A stretch of 32,000 bases of DNA from Candidatus Hadarchaeales archaeon (GTDB lineage: Archaea > Hadarchaeota > Hadarchaeia > Hadarchaeales > Hadarchaeaceae): NCBI GenBank assembly GCA_038823825.1, contig JAWBCC010000001.1, positions 150,001-182,000 on the forward strand. The letters run 5' to 3'. The position numbers and the translations under genes are program-made. Of the stretch, positions 27,172-32,000 are shown piece after piece (positions within the stretch are counted from its first letter, which is position 1; each line of letters begins with the position of its first letter). The notes below the pieces were generated by a model that was given only the letters and a program-made list of their open reading frames with translations, was not told where the DNA came from and did not search any database.

Positions 27172-28596
27172 ATGCGGACAATCTTCATGACGATTCCGGA
27201 TTGGTTTTCGGCCAGAAATATCATCCAAACCGACGCCTTCAGGATATTAAAATCTCAGGAGGACCTGCGGATAGTGGTATTTTCCCCTTTTGCTGGCGGA
27301 AGATCTTGTCTGGAAGATTTGCCGGGCGTGAAAGGGGAGAATGTGATTTTTGAGGATCAGGCCAGATATCTACCAAATTTCGTGGAAAGGCTGTTCAGGA
27401 AGATGCAGGAACTGATCGTTTTCAACATAAATTACGTAGAAAACGTTTGGTTTAAGGAAAAATATCTGATGAGGGAAAATCTTCTGCTCTACTCGTCTTT
27501 TGAGGTTCTCAAAAGAATTCTTGGAAAGAGAAGGTTTCTTCTGAGGTATCTTGACTCTTTAGATTGGCTATTGGCAAGTCCGAAGCACTCGAGATATCTG
27601 GAACTCTTCAGGAAATACAAACCGGACCTTGTTTTTTCAACAAACATACTGAGGCATACAGATTGGAAGCTCGTGCAAACAGCCCGCAGAGCAGGGGTTC
27701 CAGTAATCTCAATGGTTGCGAATTGGGATCATCTCACAAAGGGGATTCTTCCGCCCTCAGATTTCGTCATCGCTTGGAGCGAGTTCAACAGGAAGGAGTT
27801 AATGTCTTACTATGGGTATCATCCGAATCAGATCGCGATTGTCGGAATCCCGCATCAGGATTATTTTGTAAGAGTAAACCCCGAGGAGGCTAAAAGGAAG
27901 ATAAGAACGGAGCTCGGACTCAAAGAGGAAAAACTTATCCTTTACACAACTGCTCGGAGCATATATTACGAGCCTGAAATAGTGGAGATTTTATGCGAGG
28001 CGGTTAGAAAGGGCGAAATCAATTTCCCGGTTCACGTTCACGTCCGCGTTCATCCGGAGGACAACTACGCCAGATATAGGCACATAGAGGAGAAGTATGG
28101 CGATTTTGTGACCTTTGAGGGCGGAGGTAAGACCTTGGTTCCAAGAGTCTATTCCGTGAAGGCTCAGACCGAAATGGATACGAGGGGTAAAATGTGGCTA
28201 CCTGATGAAGGAGATATGATTCACTATGCTGAGCTTCTCTACTCGTGCGATGTTGCTGTCAATATTGCTTCGTCCGTTACCTTGGACTCTGTTGCCGTGG
28301 ACAAGCCAACAGTCAATATAGCCTTTGACGGATATCGGGAAAGGCCATTCATAGAGTCGACGAGGAGATACTTTTACACCACGCACTACAAAGTAGTTGC
28401 GAAGTCTGGTGGGGTTAAAATCGCGAGGAATCCGAAAGAGCTTGTCGATTTCATAAACATGTATCTGGAGAATCCGGAGCTAGACAGGGAAGGGAGAAGG
28501 AAAATTGTCGAGGAAAGCGGGGGACCGATTGATGGGAAATGTGGAGAGAGAATCGCAAAGGCTGTTTTAGAATTCCTAAAGAAGACGAGTGGATAA
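27172..28596 (+). CDS. Putative GT-B-fold surface-glycan transferase (CDP-glycerol glycerophosphotransferase / capsule-type superfamily), uncertain
   Basis: 474 aa: PGVKGENVIFEDQARY, YKPDLVFSTNILRHTDWKLVQTARRAGVPVISMVANWDHLTKGILPPSDFVIAWSEFNRKELMSYYGYHPNQIAIVGIPHQDYF, YTTARSIYYEPEIVEILCEAV, HVHVRVHPEDNYARY, SCDVAVNIASSVTLDSVAVDKPTVNIAFDG. The overall pattern is glycosyltransferase-like; family assignment is by memory only. Confidence 0.6.
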   Translation: MRTIFMTIPDWFSARNIIQTDAFRILKSQEDLRIVVFSPFAGGRSCLEDLPGVKGENVIFEDQARYLPNFVERLFRKMQELIVFNINYVENVWFKEKYLMRENLLLYSSFEVLKRILGKRRFLLRYLDSLDWLLASPKHSRYLELFRKYKPDLVFSTNILRHTDWKLVQTARRAGVPVISMVANWDHLTKGILPPSDFVIAWSEFNRKELMSYYGYHPNQIAIVGIPHQDYFVRVNPEEAKRKIRTELGLKEEKLILYTTARSIYYEPEIVEILCEAVRKGEINFPVHVHVRVHPEDNYARYRHIEEKYGDFVTFEGGGKTLVPRVYSVKAQTEMDTRGKMWLPDEGDMIHYAELLYSCDVAVNIASSVTLDSVAVDKPTVNIAFDGYRERPFIESTRRYFYTTHYKVVAKSGGVKIARNPKELVDFINMYLENPELDREGRRKIVEESGGPIDGKCGERIAKAVLEFLKKTSG

Positions 28597-28599
28597 GGA

Positions 28600-29592
28600 A
28601 TGCCGTTCAATGTGGTATTTTTCACAGAAGGTGGAGAAAACGCAGGTTTTGGTCACATAACTAGATGCAGGGCTCTTTCCGATGCTTTTGAAGAGGTTGG
28701 TAGGGAGACCACTTTCGTTGTAAAAGGCGATGAAAAAATCGTCAAGTTTCTAAATAGGGACGTAGTTTTGGAAAATTGGATCGATGATTTCGAGACGTTC
28801 AAAAGCTTTCTTTCTTCCGCCGATCTTGTTGTGATAGACTCGTACTTGGCGTCGCTAGACCATTACCGGTGGGCAAGTGAGTTAAAAAGGTGTCTATTTG
28901 TTGACGATTTCAGAAGATTGGACTATCCGCCAAAAAGCATCGTCTTGAATGGAAGCATCTACGCTGAGAAGCTGAGATATCCAAAAAGGAAGGGTGTTCG
29001 ATATTTATTGGGTTCAAAGTTCGCACCGCTTAGAAGGGCTTTCTGGGAGGTTGAAGAAAAAGTTGTAAATCCGGAGATCGAAAAAATTTTTGTCAGTTTT
29101 GGTCTAAATGACACGAGGAGATTGATACCGTCAGTGGTGAAAACTCTTTCCGAGAAATTTCCACAGTGTGAGCTATGCGTTGTCGTAGACCCACAGTCGC
29201 CGAGTGGAAAGAAGTTGCTTTCGATGGATTTGAAAAACGTGAAGATTTTCGGAAACTTATCCGCGGAAGAGATGAAGGAACTCATGCTTGAATGCGATGT
29301 TGCCGTGAGTGCTGGAGGTCAGACTACATATGAACTCGCCAGAGTTGGAGTACCTTCTGTTCTCATAGCCGTGGCGGAAAATCAGCTCTTGAACTGTAAG
29401 GGTTGGCAGGGGGCTGGATTCGCTTATTACGTTGGTTTTGCCGGAAGTGAGAATACACTCCGAAAAATAATCGAGCACCTGAAAAAACTTGAAGACGAAA
29501 AAATTAGGTCAAAGATGAGTAAAATTGGGAGAAAATATGTCGACGGGCAGGGGGCTAGAAGAGTTGTTAAAGAATTTCAGAATAGTGGATGA
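28600..29592 (+). CDS. pseG: PseG-like nucleotide-sugar hydrolase (UDP-2,4-diacetamido-2,4,6-trideoxy-altropyranose hydrolase family)
   Basis: NVVFFTEGGENAGFGHITRCRALSDAFEEVGRETTFVVKGDEKIV, DLVVIDSYLASLDHYRWASELKRCLFVDDFRRLDYPPKSIVLNGSIYAEKLRYPKRKGVRYLLGSKFAPLRRAFW, IFVSFGLNDTRRLIPSVVKTL, CDVAVSAGGQTTYELARVGVPSVLIAVAENQ. Confidence 0.78.
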   Translation: MPFNVVFFTEGGENAGFGHITRCRALSDAFEEVGRETTFVVKGDEKIVKFLNRDVVLENWIDDFETFKSFLSSADLVVIDSYLASLDHYRWASELKRCLFVDDFRRLDYPPKSIVLNGSIYAEKLRYPKRKGVRYLLGSKFAPLRRAFWEVEEKVVNPEIEKIFVSFGLNDTRRLIPSVVKTLSEKFPQCELCVVVDPQSPSGKKLLSMDLKNVKIFGNLSAEEMKELMLECDVAVSAGGQTTYELARVGVPSVLIAVAENQLLNCKGWQGAGFAYYVGFAGSENTLRKIIEHLKKLEDEKIRSKMSKIGRKYVDGQGARRVVKEFQNSG

Positions 29593-29740
29593 AATCGTTT
29601 TGCTAAAGACTTGAGAAACAGTAGTTGGACTCCGGAAGTGGATGGATAAACTCCAATTTGGCTAAAAAGTCGTAAATCTCAAAAATTTATTGCAAGATTA
29701 ATATAGTCAATTGGTAGACTCAAGTATGGGAGGAATCCAG

Positions 29741-30469
29741 ATGGGTGAGAGCAAAAACATCGTTGTCGCCACAATCAAAAGCTGGAATATTAGGCTGGCA
29801 GAAAAACTTCAAAAAGAATTGGAAGGGAAATACAATGTATATATCATGACAAAGAAAGAGGATTTGTCGCCTGAGAATCTAGAGAACATTCGACCGATTT
29901 ACATCTTTTTTCCCCATTGGTCTTGGATTATTCCACCAGAGGTGTATACGAGATTTGAATGTATAGGTTTTCACATTACAGACTTACCGTATGGTCGAGG
30001 AGGAAGTCCACTACAAAATTTGATTTTGAAAAAGAAATACGAAACAAAAATAACAGCTTTTCGGATCGGCAGAGACATAGATGCTGGGGAAATTTATTTG
30101 AAAGTCCCATTTTACATAGGATTGGGTAGCGCAGAGGAAATTTTTATTAAAGCATCTGAGATCATTTTCACAAAAATGATTCCTCAAATTTTAGAATCCA
30201 GACCAATTCCTGTACCACAAACGGGGGAAGTAGTAATTTTCAAAAGAAGAAGCCCAGAGGAAAGTAATTTAGCAGGAGCAGATATTAAAAATCTCGATGA
30301 TCTTTATGATTTCATAAGAATGTTGGACGCTGAGGGATACCCCAGAGCTTTCATTAAGATAAATAATGTGGTAATCTTGTTTTCAGAAGCACACAAGAAG
30401 GAAGGAAAAGTAGTTGGGAGGTTTGAGGCAGTTGAAGAACAAAATTCTGGCTATAGTAGCGCACCCTGA
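29741..30469 (+). CDS. Formyltransferase-like protein (methionyl-tRNA-formyltransferase superfamily) of a surface-sugar locus
   Basis: MGESKNIVVATIKSWNIRLAEKLQKEL..., IYIFFPHWSWIIPPEVYTRFECIGFHITDLPYGRGGSPLQNLILKKKYETKITAFRIGRDIDAGEIYLKVPF. ATG at 29741 has GGGAGG at 29728-29733; the ORF-track start (29711) is a TTG without an obvious SD. Confidence 0.8.
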   Translation: MGESKNIVVATIKSWNIRLAEKLQKELEGKYNVYIMTKKEDLSPENLENIRPIYIFFPHWSWIIPPEVYTRFECIGFHITDLPYGRGGSPLQNLILKKKYETKITAFRIGRDIDAGEIYLKVPFYIGLGSAEEIFIKASEIIFTKMIPQILESRPIPVPQTGEVVIFKRRSPEESNLAGADIKNLDDLYDFIRMLDAEGYPRAFIKINNVVILFSEAHKKEGKVVGRFEAVEEQNSGYSSAP

Positions 30470-31109
30470 TGATGAAATTTTAGGATGTGGTGGAACTCTA
30501 GCCAAGTTTGCAAAACAGGGATGGGAAGTATATGTGCTGAGTCTTAGTCGCGGCGTAACTTCGCGATACGAAAGTGAAGAAAAAAGTAGCAAAAAAAAGA
30601 TTAGTGAGTTAGAAATTCAGGCTCGAGAGGCAAATAAGATAATTGGCACAAAGCGACTTTTCATGCTCGATTTTCCAGACAATATGTTTGATACAATACC
30701 CCTACTTAAAATTGTAAAATCAATTGAAAAAATTAAAAACATGATACGTCCTAGTTTTGTTTTTACTCACTTCAGAGAGGATCTCAATATTGATCATAGA
30801 ATAACATATGAGGCAACTATTACTGCAATGAGGCCTTTACCTAATGAAACCGTGAAAGAGATACTTTCCTTCGAAATAATGTCTTCAACGGAATGGCGGT
30901 ACCCCACTCGTTTTTCACCAAATGTATTTGTCGATATATCGGATACGATTGATCTAAAGCTTCATGCCATGGAGGCCTACAAAGAGGAGTTGAGAACACC
31001 TCCTCACCCCCGCTCTCTCGAAACTATAAAATTTAATGCGGCAGTTTGGGGAAGTAAAGTTGGTCTAAAATTTGCCGAAGCCTTTGAATTAATACGGAAA
31101 GTATGCTAA
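30432..31109 (+). CDS. PIG-L/LmbE-family N-deacetylase
   Basis: KILAIVAHPDDEILGCGGTLAKFAKQGWEVYVLSLSRG, FVFTHFREDLNIDHRITYEATITAMRP, SSTEWRY..FSPNVFVDIS, AMEAYKEELRTPPHPRSLETIKFNAAVWGSKVGLKFAEAF. Preferred TTG start at 30432 (GGGAGG 416-421 upstream); ORF track gives 30414. Confidence 0.88.
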   Translation: MKNKILAIVAHPDDEILGCGGTLAKFAKQGWEVYVLSLSRGVTSRYESEEKSSKKKISELEIQAREANKIIGTKRLFMLDFPDNMFDTIPLLKIVKSIEKIKNMIRPSFVFTHFREDLNIDHRITYEATITAMRPLPNETVKEILSFEIMSSTEWRYPTRFSPNVFVDISDTIDLKLHAMEAYKEELRTPPHPRSLETIKFNAAVWGSKVGLKFAEAFELIRKVC

Positions 31110-31125
31110 TTTATGGTCTGATAGA

Positions 31126-31725
31126 ATGAAGCAGAAACACGGAAACTTGGCAAATTTACGTCTGAAAAAATTCAAAATTGATGATATAGAGCTGATTAAT
31201 TTCGTGAATTTAAACAAAGACGAGAAGAACATCGTTTTGAAGATGAGAAATCATGATACAGTGAGGAAGTGGATGTATAATAATAGGATCATCTCGCCGC
31301 ACGAACATTACCGTTTTATTTGGTCTCTCAAAAAAGATTCAAAAAACTTCTATTTTTTGGTCAGGAGGCAAAACAAATTTATGGGGGTAGTGTATCTAAC
31401 CAGAGTGGATTTCATGAACAGAAACGGATATTTGGGTCTGTATGCGAATCCTTTTTTTTCTGAGAAAAAAATTGGAACAATTTTGGGAAATATTCTTCTA
31501 AAACTTGCTTTCGACATTGCGGGACTTCACACTCTGAAGCTGGAGGTCATAGAGGACAACGAGAGGGCGATACATCTATATAAAAAATTGGGTTTTGTCG
31601 AAGAAGGAAGGTTGAGAGAATTTGTCTTCAGAGATGGAAAGTGGAAAGACGTAATTATTATGGGAATGACCGAAGAGGAATATCGGAGAAAGCGTCATGA
31701 AAGTGGAGTTGAAAATAGGAGATAG
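31126..31725 (+). CDS. pseH: GNAT acetyltransferase, PseH-like
   Basis: KMRNHDTVRKWMYNNRIISPHEHYRFIWSLKKDSKNFYFLVRRQNKFMGVVYLTRVDFMNRNGYLGLYANPFFSEKKIGTILGNILLKLAFDIAGLHTLKLEVIEDNERAIHLYKKLGFVEEGRLREFVFRDGKWKDVIIMGM; adjacent to the PseI-like gene. Confidence 0.78.
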   Translation: MKQKHGNLANLRLKKFKIDDIELINFVNLNKDEKNIVLKMRNHDTVRKWMYNNRIISPHEHYRFIWSLKKDSKNFYFLVRRQNKFMGVVYLTRVDFMNRNGYLGLYANPFFSEKKIGTILGNILLKLAFDIAGLHTLKLEVIEDNERAIHLYKKLGFVEEGRLREFVFRDGKWKDVIIMGMTEEEYRRKRHESGVENRR

Positions 31726-32000
31726 AATAATCGGCGAGGGGCATCCAGTATTCATAGTCGCCGAGCTTTCCGCAAATCATCTTCAAAAGTTGGACTTGGC
31801 GAAAGAAACGATAAAAGCCATGAAAAAGGCGGGCGCGGACGCGGTAAAGCTCCAGACTTACACTCCCGATACGCTTACGATAAACTCAAAAAAGGATTAT
31901 TTTAAAATCAAACAGGGGACGCCTTGGGACGGCCACTATCTCTACGATCTCTACAAACAGGCTTACATGCCTTGGGAATGGCACGAGGAGTTATTTGATC
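31697..32000 (+). CDS. pseI: Pseudaminic acid synthase-like (PseI/NeuB family), truncated by the right edge; not in the supplied ORF track
   Basis: Translated by hand: MKVELKIGDRIIGEGHPVFIVAELSANHLQKLDLAKETIKAMKKAGADAVKLQTYTPDTLTINSKKDYFKIKQGTPWDGHYLYDLYKQAYMPWEWHEELFD; no stop before 32000. ATG at 31697 lies inside the end of the GNAT gene. Confidence 0.9.
   Translation, partial: MKVELKIGDRIIGEGHPVFIVAELSANHLQKLDLAKETIKAMKKAGADAVKLQTYTPDTLTINSKKDYFKIKQGTPWDGHYLYDLYKQAYMPWEWHEELFD

Overview
This is an archaeal chromosomal window. The strongest support is a tRNA-Arg(TCT) carrying a 21-nt intron that folds into a canonical bulge-helix-bulge; a His-type thi4 and gatCA also fit. From left to right it holds: (1) two convergent surface or secreted protein genes built from the same Fn3-like 'YYWRVR' modules, one open at the left edge and ending in a PGF-pre-PGF-like domain, the other a 1162-aa phosphodiesterase + GH13 amylase + starch-binding fusion; (2) a compact alpha-glucan operon: GT4/5 glycogen synthase, GH13 branching enzyme, GH57 (DUF3536-type), malQ; (3) housekeeping genes: gatA, gatC, a small unlisted Cys-rich ORF coupled to an AmrS-like radical SAM gene, a phosphohexomutase, tRNA-Arg, thi4, purU; (4) a nonulosonate/surface-glycan locus from 19.0 kb to the right edge. 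This locus has a flippase, a tightly overlapping SDR-ALDH-transketolase-NeuA operon, a NeuB homologue, a KdsC-like HAD phosphatase, a GT-B-like protein, a PseG-like protein, an AT-rich insert (formyltransferase-like, PIG-L deacetylase, GNAT) and a second NeuB/PseI-type synthase cut by the window edge. The best candidates for undescribed biology are the phosphodiesterase-amylase fusion and the four-gene cytidylyltransferase/transketolase/ALDH/SDR operon, which may make an unusual 3-deoxy-ulosonic acid. No CRISPR array, transposase, rRNA or defence system was recognised.
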